Shown one piece after another: positions 9,816 through 19,887 of a stretch of DNA of 64,000 nucleotides. The stretch's first letter is position 1, and the number at the start of each line of letters is the position of its first letter. Position numbers and translations under genes: made by a program. The notes beneath the pieces were generated by a model, which ran no database searches, had not been told where the DNA came from, and saw only the letters and a list, made by a program, of their open reading frames with translations. This DNA comes from Candidatus Babeliales bacterium (GTDB lineage: Bacteria; Babelota; Babeliae; Babelales; JANWKD01): NCBI GenBank assembly GCA_963762115.1, contig CAVXJH010000003.1:224001-288000 (forward strand). The letters run 5' to 3'.

Positions 9816-11176
9816 TGATCATACTATCAGCATTTTTAGGAGCATTGCCATTTATAGGTACCACTATTTTTGCTGAATGCGTTTTTATTTTTTTAATACC
9901 ACTTTATTATCTTGTAGCGCAACAAGATGTTGAGCTTGGTTTGAAAGAAGGTTTTTTGTGGGGAGTCGTTTTTTATTGTTTTTATTTTCAAGGCATTGTT
10001 GTGCTCATAATGCAGCATGGTGTTGGTTCGTATCGATTGCTTGCTGGTATAATCTTAATTATATATGGAGCCTTAGGTTCCGGTTTTTGGTTTTTTTTAT
10101 CTTCTGGGTTGGTTTCTATTTTTTCAAAATACTCACGGTATATATCAATAACAAAACTTGCTTGCTGGGTTGTTGGTAGTTGGTTTTATTTTTGGTTAGT
10201 CGATACAGCATTTTTTTCTGTTTTTGGTTTTTATGAGGGTGATCAATTGAGGTTTCTTTTGTTGCCTCTTGCGATTCGGCCACATTGGCTATTTGTTGGA
10301 AGGCATTTCACCCGTTTTGGTGGCTTGCTAATACTTCTTTTATTTTCTGCATCCTGCGCTTGTTTTTTAACTAGGTATAAAAAAAAAGTGTTTTTATTGT
10401 TTGCTCTGCTTTGTTTTTTACCTTTTGCAGCAGGGTGGTTATTTAAAACTGCAGAAAATAAAAAATCAGAATTTTTATCAACTATTGCCTGCATTATACC
10501 ATCAATTGAACAAAAAGATCCGTGGTTAGTACATGAACATATTTGTGATTTGTTACGTATATGTGCGCAGAATAAAAGCATACAATGCATTTTTTTCCCT
10601 GAATCGTCATTCCAATTTCCTTTACATGATTGGTCGCGCTATATAGGTTCTTGGTATGATTGCCTTGGTAAGAATGATATGTATATAGTTCTTGGTTCTC
10701 ATCGCCAAAATAGGCAAAAACTTTTTAATACATTATATGTTCTGCATAATCGTCGCATAATTAATCATTATGACAAAATTCACACCATGTTCTTTACCGA
10801 ACGAATGCCAATCTATTGGTCATATTTCAAAGAAATAAAAAACCTTTTTTTGAAAAATAAATCCCCATTTTGCCAAGGAAAAAAAAAGAGGGCACCGTTA
10901 TTTTTGCCATTTTATACTTCTCTTTACCCTTATATGTGCTCGGACCTTTTTTTTGAACCTATTACCACCACTTCTGTTACTACTGATAAAGGAACCTTAC
11001 TTTGCCTTGTTAATGATTCGTGGTTTTCAGTTTCCTATATACCCCAATTAATGTTTTTACATGCAATGTGCAAGTCACTCTATGAAAAACGTGACATTTT
11101 TTATGTGAGTTACACAAAGAATGAATATATCTCTTATCATGGATATTCAAGCAAACTTTTAACAATACGTGGGTAG
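9782..11176 (+). CDS. lnt: Apolipoprotein N-acyltransferase
   Basis: Multiple TM helices then nitrilase-fold motifs FPES, YDK..FTE, MCSD, NDSWF. Confidence 0.85.
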   Translation: MEKKWLYTQWLMIILSAFLGALPFIGTTIFAECVFIFLIPLYYLVAQQDVELGLKEGFLWGVVFYCFYFQGIVVLIMQHGVGSYRLLAGIILIIYGALGSGFWFFLSSGLVSIFSKYSRYISITKLACWVVGSWFYFWLVDTAFFSVFGFYEGDQLRFLLLPLAIRPHWLFVGRHFTRFGGLLILLLFSASCACFLTRYKKKVFLLFALLCFLPFAAGWLFKTAENKKSEFLSTIACIIPSIEQKDPWLVHEHICDLLRICAQNKSIQCIFFPESSFQFPLHDWSRYIGSWYDCLGKNDMYIVLGSHRQNRQKLFNTLYVLHNRRIINHYDKIHTMFFTERMPIYWSYFKEIKNLFLKNKSPFCQGKKKRAPLFLPFYTSLYPYMCSDLFFEPITTTSVTTDKGTLLCLVNDSWFSVSYIPQLMFLHAMCKSLYEKRDIFYVSYTKNEYISYHGYSSKLLTIRG

Positions 11177-11246
11177 TTCTCAAAGGTGAGCTTTTCATGT
11201 ATGCTATTGTCATCTAATAAAGTTTTTTTTGATTGAAAGGTGTGTT

Positions 11247-11699
11247 ATGAAAGTTTTTTTAACAAAAAATGTAGAAAAGATTGGTCTTGAAGGTCAAATA
11301 TTAAAAGTTGCTGATGGATTTGCGCAAAACTATTTGTTTCCAAAAAAATTAGCAGTGCAAGTTACTCCTGAAAATGAGGCTTTTTATACAGCAAAAATTA
11401 AACATGCGGTTCATAAAAAAGAAGCCGTTGCAACAGAAACATCTATGCTTGCTGAAACGATAAAATCTACGGTGATTACGGCAAAAATTGCAAAAGACAA
11501 AATCCATCATGATGGCAAACTCTATGGCTCAATTTCTGCGCAAGATATCGTAAATTTACTTGCAGAAAAAAGAATTTCAATTACTAAAAGCCAAGTTGAA
11601 TTTGATAAGTCAATTAAGGCAAAAGGTACTTATGAAGTTACCATAAAGCTTTCTTCTCGGTTAAAACCAAAAGTGACCTTAAAAGTTATCTCAGAATAA
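11247..11699 (+). CDS. rplI: 50S ribosomal protein L9
   Basis: KVADGFAQNYLFPKKLA, GKLYGSIS; adjacent to dnaB. Confidence 0.97.
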   Translation: MKVFLTKNVEKIGLEGQILKVADGFAQNYLFPKKLAVQVTPENEAFYTAKIKHAVHKKEAVATETSMLAETIKSTVITAKIAKDKIHHDGKLYGSISAQDIVNLLAEKRISITKSQVEFDKSIKAKGTYEVTIKLSSRLKPKVTLKVISE

Positions 11700-11735
11700 G
11701 TTATATCATCATAGAATTTTAACTAGAATGTATCC

Positions 11736-13124
11736 ATGCGCAAAGAACAATTAGGATTGGCTTCTCTTGATGGGGCACAAAAAAATAGATCTGCCGAGCA
11801 GCTGTTAGGGCAACGTTTGCCCTTTAGCGAACAAGCCGAAAGAGCTGTTTTGAGTGCTTTATTACTAAATGATCAACAGGTGAATGAAGTTGCTGAGTTG
11901 TTATTGCCAAATGATTTTTATCAACCTGCTCATAAAATCATTTATCAAACGTTACTTGATTTAACACATCAATTAAAGCGCATAGATATTGTCACCTTAC
12001 AAGATGAACTTGAAAAACATGAGCAGCTTGCTGCGGTTGGTGGGATTGTAAATCTTCTTGCTTTGCAAGAAGATATTCCTGCTGTTGGTATGTTGTCGCA
12101 TCATGCCCGTATCATTAAAGAGAAAGCAGTATTGCGAGATCTTATTGGTTCTGCAACAGAAATTATCACCAATTGTTATTCTCAAAATGATCAAGAAATT
12201 GATGCTGTTTTAGATGCTGCTGAAAAGACAATTTTTAATATTTCAAATAAGCGATCGCAGCAAAGTTTTGTTCAACTCAATATTTGGCTAAAAAAAACAT
12301 TTCAGCATCTTTCTGATATTAAAGGTCACAGTAAGGGTATTACCGGTGTTGCAAGTGGATATAAAAAACTCGATCAATTCACTTCAGGATTTCAAGGCAG
12401 CGATCTTGTTGTTTTGGCTGCACGACCTTCAATGGGTAAAACGGCATTTGCTTTAAATCTTGCTATAAATGCTGCCAATAATGGTCAGTCAGTTGGTTTT
12501 TTCTCATTAGAAATGTCTGCAGAGCAGTTAACATTACGACTATTAGCTATGCAATCTGGTATTGCTCATCATAATATTAGGAATGCAACAATAACTTCTG
12601 ATGAATGGCTTGAACTCACTCGAGTAGCAGGTCATTTGGCTAATTTAAAGTTCTTTATTGATGATACAGCGATGGTGAGTATCATGGATTTACGGGCCAA
12701 AGCGCGTAAGTTGAAAGCAGAACATAACTTACAATTTTTGGTTATTGATTATCTACAATTATTGCACAGCACCAAAAAGCATGAAAATCGCCATCAAGAA
12801 GTTTCTGATATTTCACGTTCACTCAAAGCTCTTGCAAAAGAATTAAGTATCCCTATCATTGCCTTGTCTCAGTTATCACGTGCTGTTGATAGTAGAACTG
12901 ATAAACGTCCAATGTTGTCAGATTTACGTGAATCGGGTGCCATTGAGCAAGATGCTGATGTCATTATGTTTTTATACCGTGACATTGTGTATAACCAAGA
13001 TACAGAACATCCCTTATTGGCCGAATTAATCATTGGCAAACAACGTAATGGCCCAACAGGAACTGTTTTTCTTAATTGGATACGAGAGATGACCTCTTTT
13101 GAAGATGCTGAGTATGAAGAGTAA
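11736..13124 (+). CDS. dnaB: Replicative DNA helicase
   Basis: ARPSMGKT, IDYLQL, SQLSR, DLRESGAIEQDAD, KQRNGPTG. Confidence 0.98.
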   Translation: MRKEQLGLASLDGAQKNRSAEQLLGQRLPFSEQAERAVLSALLLNDQQVNEVAELLLPNDFYQPAHKIIYQTLLDLTHQLKRIDIVTLQDELEKHEQLAAVGGIVNLLALQEDIPAVGMLSHHARIIKEKAVLRDLIGSATEIITNCYSQNDQEIDAVLDAAEKTIFNISNKRSQQSFVQLNIWLKKTFQHLSDIKGHSKGITGVASGYKKLDQFTSGFQGSDLVVLAARPSMGKTAFALNLAINAANNGQSVGFFSLEMSAEQLTLRLLAMQSGIAHHNIRNATITSDEWLELTRVAGHLANLKFFIDDTAMVSIMDLRAKARKLKAEHNLQFLVIDYLQLLHSTKKHENRHQEVSDISRSLKALAKELSIPIIALSQLSRAVDSRTDKRPMLSDLRESGAIEQDADVIMFLYRDIVYNQDTEHPLLAELIIGKQRNGPTGTVFLNWIREMTSFEDAEYEE

Positions 13125-13233
13125 GATAATAGTTTCTATAAGAATAATAATTTTTTTTGATGTTTTATTAATAATACCGTAAGATAGTTTACTATTGTTG
13201 ACATTAGTATTGTTTTTTTAGGGGTATTATATC

Positions 13234-13965
13234 ATGAATAAAAAGTATTTTTTTCTTTTCTCGGCTATTTTTGTTTTTTCAATGATATCTTTAGATGCAA
13301 TGCAAGAAGAACATGAAGAAAACAATCATACACAATCGAAGCAATCATTTTTTAAAGACCAGGTAATTCCTTATGGTTTAGGTATTACCATAGGGGCTGC
13401 GGCGGTTTTAGCAACAGTTGGTATATATAACGCGGATTTTTTCCAAGAAAGTCGTGAATATATTGAAGTAGTACCAAATCCTGTGAAGTTATTTTTTGCG
13501 GCTATAGCCAGCGGCTTGGTCATTAGTAACCTTTGGCTTCTCATTCGGGTACAAAAGCAAGAAGGATTATTAAATATTTATGCGGATTTGGCTCGTCTTC
13601 GTTGCGATCATTCTATGAGGTGTATTGATTTGTTATCTAAAGAAGTACAAAAAAAATCCGATGAATTACAGGAACATAAAGTAGCTCTTAATAAGATTAT
13701 TGTTCATCATTTCTTGTTTCAGGCGCAATCTACCAATAACCACGAAGCATTAAGCATTGATCTGCAAGCAGTGAAAAATATGTATAGTGATATGCAGGAT
13801 GAAGTGAAAATTATTAAAGAAAAACAGGAAATGGCTTCTTTCTTGACCAATATCTTTGATGAATTACGGGGAGATATACGTTATAGAGAGGCATTGGTAA
13901 GGTCAGAAGTAATAGAACAACAACGAATTCATGGTAATCGTTTGAATCTTGGTGGCGTTGAATAA
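13234..13965 (+). CDS. Hypothetical exported/membrane protein with coiled-coil C-terminus
   Basis: Signal ending LDA-MQ; two hydrophobic segments; heptad-like tail. Confidence 0.65.
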   Translation: MNKKYFFLFSAIFVFSMISLDAMQEEHEENNHTQSKQSFFKDQVIPYGLGITIGAAAVLATVGIYNADFFQESREYIEVVPNPVKLFFAAIASGLVISNLWLLIRVQKQEGLLNIYADLARLRCDHSMRCIDLLSKEVQKKSDELQEHKVALNKIIVHHFLFQAQSTNNHEALSIDLQAVKNMYSDMQDEVKIIKEKQEMASFLTNIFDELRGDIRYREALVRSEVIEQQRIHGNRLNLGGVE

Positions 13966-14074
13966 ATTATTTATGTTATTTTCTTATTTTTTATTCTTGA
14001 CCTATTTTTATATATAACTCTATACTAACCTTATTTTTGTATGCAAATTCAAGAGTTGGAATAGAAAGTTACGC

Positions 14075-14569
14075 ATGATCATTTTAGGCATTGATCCAGG
14101 ATTTAGTTTTACTGGTTTTGGTATTTTAAAAAAGGAAGGGCATAAATCATATTTGCTTGATTGCGGTTACTTAAAAATGTCGTCAGCAAAAACATTGTCT
14201 CAACGCATTGGCATATTCCATGCTTTTTTTACTGAAAAAATTACCAAATATCAAGTAACAACCGTTGCTATCGAAACCCCATTTTTGGGTAAAAATGCTC
14301 AAAATTTTTTAAAGCTCGGTTATTTGCGCGGCATTATCTATCTTTTAGCTGAAACACATGCATTAGCATTACATGAATTTGCGCCACGAGAAATTAAATT
14401 ATCGGTAACAGGGTTTGGTGGTGCTGATAAGGAGCAGGTTGCGCGTATTATTTTGCGTCTTTTTCCTACACTTGTTGCGCCTGATAAAGCTGATGTGACC
14501 GATGCACTTGCAGTGACCTTGTGCTGTTTGTGGAAAAGTAATAGTATGCAAATAAAATCATTATCTTAA
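14075..14569 (+). CDS. ruvC: Holliday junction resolvase
   Basis: IILGIDPG, IKLSVTGFGGADKEQV, DVTDALAV. Confidence 0.96.
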   Translation: MIILGIDPGFSFTGFGILKKEGHKSYLLDCGYLKMSSAKTLSQRIGIFHAFFTEKITKYQVTTVAIETPFLGKNAQNFLKLGYLRGIIYLLAETHALALHEFAPREIKLSVTGFGGADKEQVARIILRLFPTLVAPDKADVTDALAVTLCCLWKSNSMQIKSLS

Positions 14570-14582
14570 AAAAGGAGTTTTT

Positions 14583-14867
14583 ATGAAATTTCTATCATTA
14601 CTATCTCTTTTAACTATTTTATCAATTTGTGCAATGGATAAAGTTGTTGAAATTAAATTTAAAGAAGTTTCATATGGATGCTTTAAGTCAAAACAATTTG
14701 AACAAGTATGTAAGGGTGATGACTATAAAATATATACAGTTTCACAATTGACCAATGCTAAAACAGGAAAAAGTTCTTGGACAGGTAATCAAATGACTGA
14801 AGAAGAAGCAAAGAAAAAGTATGCAGAATTAGAAACACTATTTAAAGAACAAAATCAAGGACAGTAA
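14583..14867 (+). CDS. Small secreted protein
   Basis: AAGGAG RBS; ICA-MD. Confidence 0.7.
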   Translation: MKFLSLLSLLTILSICAMDKVVEIKFKEVSYGCFKSKQFEQVCKGDDYKIYTVSQLTNAKTGKSSWTGNQMTEEEAKKKYAELETLFKEQNQGQ

Positions 14868-14883
14868 AAATATTCAATTAAAT

Positions 14884-14918
14884 AAAGGTTGTTACAAAAA
14901 ATGTGTAGCAACCTTTTA
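14884..14918. terminator. Bidirectional terminator between convergent genes
   Basis: aaaggttgttaca...tgtagcaaccttt. Confidence 0.7.
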
Positions 14919-14920
14919 TA

Positions 14921-15880
14921 TTATGAACGAGGCCTTAAAAGGCCACTTGCTTCTTGATAAAATGCTTTTGTTTGTTCATTGGCATCTGCATCAATAATTT
15001 TTCCAGATTGCTTGTCTTGATATTCTTGTTTAAATAGAGACGCTATTTTATATTGAAGATAATGATAGGGAGTTGGAAATGATTCTATATATATTCGTTT
15101 GCCTATAGCTTTTATTGATTCAAATACTTCATTATAAAGTGGCGCTTGTGCATCAATCAATAAGGATAATTTTTCTAATGCGTGTGTACGCAATTTTTGA
15201 TCATGTATATCTTCAAAAGTTTTAACAAAGTTACCAACAAGTTCGCTAGTATCATGTGGTAATCCATGTTTTAACAATAATTGTATCATTTTTGAGGGTA
15301 CATGTTTATTATTAAGAGAATAATGAAAGAGCATTGTCGTCGAGTGAATCGATGGAGCATTGTGAAAGTCTTTAAGCTGTTGGCTAAATGCCTTTCGCAA
15401 TGTATTTAAAATTTTCTTTGTTTCTATAGTAGTTAATTTAGATTCTTTATCGCGGTTTTTCTCTTGAATTTCTCTTAATATACAAAAAATATGTAGTTTA
15501 TCTTCTATGGGCAAATAGAAGTTTTTTGTTGAATAGGCAATGTCGACAGCGATATCAGCATAATCATCTAAAGGTAAAACTTTAAATAATGTAATAAGGG
15601 TTCTTTTATTTTGCTTTGATGCAAAAGCTCGGTTTAAGAGGGGGTTTATTAATTCTTCTGGCAAAGGATTTTGATTAAGTTGTACAGTTAGATTTTTAGG
15701 TTTTTGATTAAAAAATGCTTGCATTGATATTTTTAATAAAGATTCTGGTTCAAATTTTACTGCTTGAGTTTGTTCTTCATTTTCTCTTTGTTTTTTTGAT
15801 GGTGGCGCTTCCATAGAATGTAGGGCGTTCCATGAAAAACAAATAAGAGATAATGCTAGGACAAGATTTTTCATATTCAT
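14921..15880 (-). CDS. Secreted protein, paralog B, with SOCS/BC-box-like N-terminal segment
   Basis: LHS-ME; PESLLKISM...PLPEEL; paralog of 15877-16902. Confidence 0.7.
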   Translation of the reverse strand: MNMKNLVLALSLICFSWNALHSMEAPPSKKQRENEEQTQAVKFEPESLLKISMQAFFNQKPKNLTVQLNQNPLPEELINPLLNRAFASKQNKRTLITLFKVLPLDDYADIAVDIAYSTKNFYLPIEDKLHIFCILREIQEKNRDKESKLTTIETKKILNTLRKAFSQQLKDFHNAPSIHSTTMLFHYSLNNKHVPSKMIQLLLKHGLPHDTSELVGNFVKTFEDIHDQKLRTHALEKLSLLIDAQAPLYNEVFESIKAIGKRIYIESFPTPYHYLQYKIASLFKQEYQDKQSGKIIDADANEQTKAFYQEASGLLRPRS

Positions 15881-16902
15881 AAATTTGTGCTTTCTAGAGT
15901 GTATTCAGGTTTTAATAAACTATATGCTTGCATATAAAATTCTTTTTTTTTGTTATTGGCATCTACATCAATAGCTTTCCCTAAAGAAATATTGTTAGAT
16001 TCTTGCTTAAATATACTTGTCACTTTATGTTGAAGGTAATCGTAGGGGGTAGGAAAGCAAGAAGTTCTTCTATTAAAGACTTTGCCACTGGGTGTATGTA
16101 TGAGAGCCGTGTTATGATAAAGGACTTTACCGCTTGATTCGCATACTTCATTATAAAGTGGCGCTTGTGCATCAACCAATAAGGATAATTTTCTTAACGC
16201 GTCTGCACGCAATTTTTGATCATGTATATCTTCAAAAGTTTTAACAAAATTGCCAACAAGTTGGTTAGTATCATGTGGTAATCCATGTTTTAAAAGTAAT
16301 GCAATTGCTTCAGAAGGGGCTTGTGTTTCATTAAGACAATATTGAAATATCAAGGATTGCGAATCAATTGTCGTATACTCACAGAGTTCCAAATTTTTTT
16401 TAAAGGATTGTTGAAAGGCTTTTTTGAAAACATCTAAAATTATTATTGTTTTTTTGTTATGATTATTATCGTGTTCTAAATTGCTTTGCATAGCAGAAAT
16501 AACTTCTACTTTATCTTCTGATAACAAATGAATGTTCTTTGGCGAATAAACAATATCAGCAGCAACTTCTTCACAATTTTCTGGAGATAGATTTAAGTTT
16601 TTAATAAGAGTTATAAGAGTATTTTTTGGCTGATAAGATTCAAGAGCGCTTATAAAAAGAGGGTTGTTTAGTTCTTCTGGTAATGGGTATTGTGTAAGCT
16701 GCTCAGATAGATTTTCCTGTTCTTGCTTGAAAAATGCCAGCATCGTTGTCTTCAATAAGGATTTTGGTTCAAATTTTACTGCTTGGGTTTGCTCCGCACG
16801 CTTCTCATTTTCTCTTTGTTTCTTTGGCTTTGCATTATCACTTGCATAGAGAGGTAAAAAATATATATATGACAATAATACTAATAAATTTTTTCTGTTC
16901 AT
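15877..16902 (-). CDS. Secreted protein, paralog A, with SOCS/BC-box-like N-terminal segment
   Basis: Signal peptide; PKSLLKTTM...PLPEEL; about 150 nt nearly identical to paralog B (16143-16293 vs 15124-15274). Confidence 0.7.
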   Translation of the reverse strand: MNRKNLLVLLSYIYFLPLYASDNAKPKKQRENEKRAEQTQAVKFEPKSLLKTTMLAFFKQEQENLSEQLTQYPLPEELNNPLFISALESYQPKNTLITLIKNLNLSPENCEEVAADIVYSPKNIHLLSEDKVEVISAMQSNLEHDNNHNKKTIIILDVFKKAFQQSFKKNLELCEYTTIDSQSLIFQYCLNETQAPSEAIALLLKHGLPHDTNQLVGNFVKTFEDIHDQKLRADALRKLSLLVDAQAPLYNEVCESSGKVLYHNTALIHTPSGKVFNRRTSCFPTPYDYLQHKVTSIFKQESNNISLGKAIDVDANNKKKEFYMQAYSLLKPEYTLESTNL

Positions 16903-17005
16903 TATAATAACTTTCAGAACAATAAGAATCATTTGTAATTTTAAAAGGTGAATCTTATTGTATAGTAAAATTTTGGGAAAGAACAGTTAATGATTGTCAT
17001 CTTGA

Positions 17006-17033
17006 ATGTCTGATAATGTTTATTATGTAAAAA
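17006..17033 (+). other. dif-like XerC/XerD recombination site
   Basis: ATGTCTGATAA-TGTTTA-TTATGTAAAAA: 11-6-11 layout with XerD-type arm TTATGTAAA; intergenic; + strand looks C/A-rich just after it. Confidence 0.75.
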
Positions 17034-17168
17034 TTATTCTACTTGATTAACTTAAAATCTTTTAATAATGAATTATTAATTAATTACTTTTTGTCCCGAA
17101 CCAATAAACGTCATTCTCAATAATACAAAACAACTATACCAATACACGGCATATAAACAGAATGAATT

Positions 17169-18836
17169 TTATAAAACAGATTGTATTCGCCGCTGCGTAG
17201 CAAAAGATACTGACGAAAACAAATTTATAGATGATGAATTAACCTTATCAGTTTTTAATTGCAAAAACATCTTATCAACCACATACTCAACCGCATGTGA
17301 AAGATCTAAAAAATAAGGATGCACACTAGAATTATTACATAACCTATATACTATGCTATGCAATAACTCTAATAACCAATCAAAATCTTTCCCAAAATCA
17401 TAGGAAATATCCATTTTAATACTACCTAATTCCTTAAAACGATACAGGGCATGCAACATAAACAGCGCACAGCGCATATCTATTGTGCCTAGCAATGTTT
17501 TTGTATGCCATTCCTGTGTTGACTGCAATCTTACCGTTGCTTTATAACATACCTTTAATAATTGCTCTCGCGTAAAATTTTCACCAAATTCACTCAATAT
17601 TAAAGCAACAAATCCCGTGATAAGTGCTGTAGCAATTGATGTACCATGAAAAAAACCATATTCAATAGCAGGATCATCAGTCAATGTTGTACTTATAATA
17701 TTAAAACCTGGCGCTACAATTTTTGGACCTATAGAATGCTCATATTGAGAAAATGATGCAATTGAATATGTATTATTACCATCAAAGGAAAATGCTCCAA
17801 CGTCAAAGGCAACTGACGGTAACCGGGCTGGATATGCCTCATGCCTAACGGCATGAGCATCAGCGCAATTACCTGACGCAGCAACAACATAGGGGATTTT
17901 AGCAATAATCCTTTCAATTGCATGAGAAATCTGATCATCATGTTGCCAGCAATCTGAAATCTTAAGACTTACGTTTACTAAAGGTATTCCTAAAGTATGA
18001 ACTTTTTTTAATGCTTGTAATAAAGTTCCTTTATTACTGCAACCATAGTCATCAAAAGCTTTAATTATAATAATTTCAGCATTAGGTGCAAGGCCAAGAG
18101 GACCAAAAATGGGATGCTCACGTGCACCAATTACTCCACAAAGTGCCGTGCCATGTACTGCCATACCAAAAGTATTTTTGGTAATTGGTAATAATTCTAA
18201 AAGAGTATGTTTATCGTGAGTAGGTATTTTTATTGAAGTAAAAAATCGCTTTTTATCATAACTATCAAGAATTTTTATAAAGTCATTTATAAACTGAACA
18301 TTATAACACTCATGCTTTTTTAAAAAAATAATAAGTGAATCAATAGTTTTACAACAACAATATTCATGTAAGGAAATTATAATTACTTTTTCACATTCTG
18401 GTAATAATGCATGACTATGCTTACTTACCCTATCAGTAAGATTTGTTACAATTTCTTGCATAGCATAATTCATAAAATTCAAAAAATTTGGCACAAAAAA
18501 GAAATGATGATTTAGTTGAGGATGCAATTCATAATCTCCTGGACTTATTTTGCGTAAGGCGATGCCCGTATCGATGATTGCTATTTTTACCCCCTTCCCT
18601 TTCTTAGGGGCCAATTGCCACAAGCTAAAAAAATGAGGAATAAAAGAAGAAACAGGCACTTCATCTTTACGCAAACCAATCGTAGGAATTTTTTGATGCC
18701 AAAAAAAATACTTTTTTTCTGGATGTTCCTTAGTAGTTGTCATCAATGATGAAAGCTGCTTTGCCGTAAACACGGTAGCATTATTAAAAAAAATACTGAG
18801 CAATACGATACTCAATAAATACTTAATTTTATTCAT
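17169..18836 (-). CDS. Subtilisin-like S8 serine peptidase, secreted
   Basis: IAIIDTG, HGT, ASGN, APG, GTSIA catalytic motifs; signal peptide. Confidence 0.9.
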   Translation of the reverse strand: MNKIKYLLSIVLLSIFFNNATVFTAKQLSSLMTTTKEHPEKKYFFWHQKIPTIGLRKDEVPVSSFIPHFFSLWQLAPKKGKGVKIAIIDTGIALRKISPGDYELHPQLNHHFFFVPNFLNFMNYAMQEIVTNLTDRVSKHSHALLPECEKVIIISLHEYCCCKTIDSLIIFLKKHECYNVQFINDFIKILDSYDKKRFFTSIKIPTHDKHTLLELLPITKNTFGMAVHGTALCGVIGAREHPIFGPLGLAPNAEIIIIKAFDDYGCSNKGTLLQALKKVHTLGIPLVNVSLKISDCWQHDDQISHAIERIIAKIPYVVAASGNCADAHAVRHEAYPARLPSVAFDVGAFSFDGNNTYSIASFSQYEHSIGPKIVAPGFNIISTTLTDDPAIEYGFFHGTSIATALITGFVALILSEFGENFTREQLLKVCYKATVRLQSTQEWHTKTLLGTIDMRCALFMLHALYRFKELGSIKMDISYDFGKDFDWLLELLHSIVYRLCNNSSVHPYFLDLSHAVEYVVDKMFLQLKTDKVNSSSINLFSSVSFATQRRIQSVL

Positions 18837-18964
18837 TTTAACCTCATTAGTTAATGTTACTAATGCCTTTGCTTGTAAGCAATATTTCACGCTATAAACA
18901 GTTTGTTGAAAATTTTATTGTCTAATTGTTAATATTTATAGAGAGTTTATAATACCTTGAAAGG

Positions 18965-19636
18965 ATGCTTATGCAAAAAAAAATGACTTTATACTTAATA
19001 ATAGCAGCAATTTTTATATTGCCTCACTGTAAAAACATACAAGAACCCACTATTAAGGAAACAATACAAGAACTTTATACGGGTATTTCAGGATTCGGCA
19101 TCTCACCAGAAGATAGTAAGGTTTTTGCATCATTAGAATGTGCTTCAACCTATGGGGAAATTACTTTTGAAGCAGTAAAAACGTTAACTGAAAAATTAAA
19201 TCTTAAAGATTCAGATGTTTTTTATGATCTTGGTTGCGGCGTTGGGAAAATGGTTATTCAAGTCTATTTAAGTTCCCCCGTAAAAAAAAGTATTGGTATT
19301 GAACTTTCTTCAGAACGGGCAGACAAAGCAATCAAAATCCAACAACAACTAAACCAAAGCAATAAGATTGCTAAAGAAAGAACATTGGCCTTTTATAAAG
19401 AAAGCTTTTTAGATGCCAATCTTGATGATGCCACCGTTGTTTATTTGGCTTCAACATGTTTTCCTGATGAACTTATGAAAAAGATAACTGAGAAGCTAGC
19501 CACCCTCAAAACGGGATTACGGGTGATAACCCTTAAAAAGTTGGCTGAAAATGCAAAATTTAAACTCGTTGATGAATTTATTCTACCGATGACTTGGTCA
19601 GATAGTACCAATGCCTACCTTTATGAGCTGATTTAA
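18965..19636 (+). CDS. DOT1-like class I SAM-dependent methyltransferase with signal/lipoprotein-like N-terminus
   Basis: TYGEI, DVFYDLGCGVGK, GIELS motifs. Confidence 0.75.
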   Translation: MLMQKKMTLYLIIAAIFILPHCKNIQEPTIKETIQELYTGISGFGISPEDSKVFASLECASTYGEITFEAVKTLTEKLNLKDSDVFYDLGCGVGKMVIQVYLSSPVKKSIGIELSSERADKAIKIQQQLNQSNKIAKERTLAFYKESFLDANLDDATVVYLASTCFPDELMKKITEKLATLKTGLRVITLKKLAENAKFKLVDEFILPMTWSDSTNAYLYELI

Positions 19637-19727
19637 AAAAAAACCACCGCATTGATCGAAATCAATGCGGTGGAAAAAAGGAGAGTAGTAATGAAGCCTA
19701 ATTAAAATCAGTAAAAAGTTACTGATA
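19635..19727 (-). ncRNA. Candidate small regulatory RNA (about 90 nt)
   Basis: Minus-strand TTGACA-16-CATAAT; 5' 8-bp hairpin; single-stranded CUUCAUUACUACUCUCCUUUU; 13-bp UUCG hairpin plus U9. Confidence 0.55.
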
Positions 19728-19887
19728 GTTAGTATTATGAAGCGTATCATAATAATGTCAAATATTCTGAAAAATTTAATAGTGTTAAATCACTATAAAT
19801 AATGCACTTATTACTAGTAGGTTATATCCTTTTTTATTGTCTGTCAATAGTACCTAAAATGAAAAACATACTCATAGGGGAAACATT

